Shown one piece after another: positions 63,239 through 64,000 of a stretch of 64,000 nt of DNA (positions within the stretch are counted from its first letter, which is position 1; every line of letters begins with the position of its first letter). This DNA comes from Hemiscyllium ocellatum (lineage: Eukaryota): NCBI RefSeq assembly GCF_020745735.1, contig NC_083411.1, forward strand, positions 95,218,328 through 95,282,327, in the 5' to 3' direction. A program made the translations under genes and the position numbers. Below the pieces are notes generated by a model. The model was given only the letters and a program-made list of their open reading frames with translations. It did not search any database and was not told where the DNA came from.

Positions 63239-64000
63239 AAATTGTGCCAAAATAATTTTCACAAATGTTTTGTGACCAAATCATCCAAGTTGTCATTTCT
63301 TTTTCTCTGAAGTGATTTAAAGAGAGTTTGGTAAAAAGTGATTTATTTTTAACAAATGAATTTTAGATAGGAAACTCCATTTTGTCACATGCCCAAAAGC
63401 ACAGGCTTCAAAATGGGTATGTCACAGGAATCCCCAATTAGCCACACAAAACATTTTGACCAAGGAGCCAACAGGGCATTAAAGGATAAATTAATCAGGA
63501 TGGCAAGCAGCTTTCTGACGCCATACCAGTTAGGAAAAGGGAAGTTCAATGCCTGTGCATGAAAGCAAGGGCACAGTGAAAGGTGGACTATTTCACTCAG
63601 AAAGAACTCGGTTTGTCAAAAGACATGGCTGCATGAGGACATGCTCTTTCTCCATGTCAATTGGATCCTGAGTGCTGGAAGCTCGTCCTGGAGAAAAGCA
63701 TGTGCTCACTGGTTGTTTGGGAGCACATTAAGGTCACTCAAGAGGGGTTGGTGCTGTCAGGCCCAAGCATCCTGAAGTAATTGACCTTGTTTATTAGCTT
63801 CATCCACAGCCTAGTCTTCCAGGCTCACACAAGCACACATTGTAGAATTCTGTCAGGCATGAGATATGTGAAACCTCTGTGTAAACTCCAGTTTCTGCAC
63901 AAAATAAGAAATTATTTCAGATTTCTGGGAACCACAAGAGATATCAGAGCCCGACTATCAAACTTAGTGGAAATTGCTGCTCCTGTCTCAACATGCTCCT

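Noticed and set aside
1-64000. CRISPR arrays, operons, rRNA or true tRNA genes
   Set aside because: Eukaryotic repeat-rich DNA; no regularly spaced repeats, and the tRNA-like boxes all belong to SINE heads.

Overview
AT-rich, CpG-depleted vertebrate DNA, almost certainly from a shark or ray: it carries HE1-type V-SINEs, their partner CR1 (HER1-type) LINEs and a SacSINE1-like DeuSINE. I see no intact, recognisable host protein-coding gene, rRNA, tRNA gene or CRISPR array. Most ORFs in the track are transposon debris or chance. A large part of the window is layered mobile DNA: young and old CR1 LINEs (one ~3.8 kb, one internally deleted), a second CR1/L2-group LINE with its SINE partner, three Gypsy remnants, solo LTRs, PIF/Harbinger remnants, a hAT transposase 3' end and many Penelope-like pLTR fragments. 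The most distinctive signals are: (i) ~200-bp fold-back insertions flanked by ~14-bp target-site duplications, whose inversion point falls at a hammerhead-ribozyme-like core (CTGANGA...stem II...GAAA); (ii) a candidate spliced minus-strand lncRNA or micropeptide gene, with a TATA/Inr/E-box promoter near 16430 and small exons at 10.2-12.2 kb; (iii) deep nested-insertion stacks. All calls are by eye, and no database searches were run.
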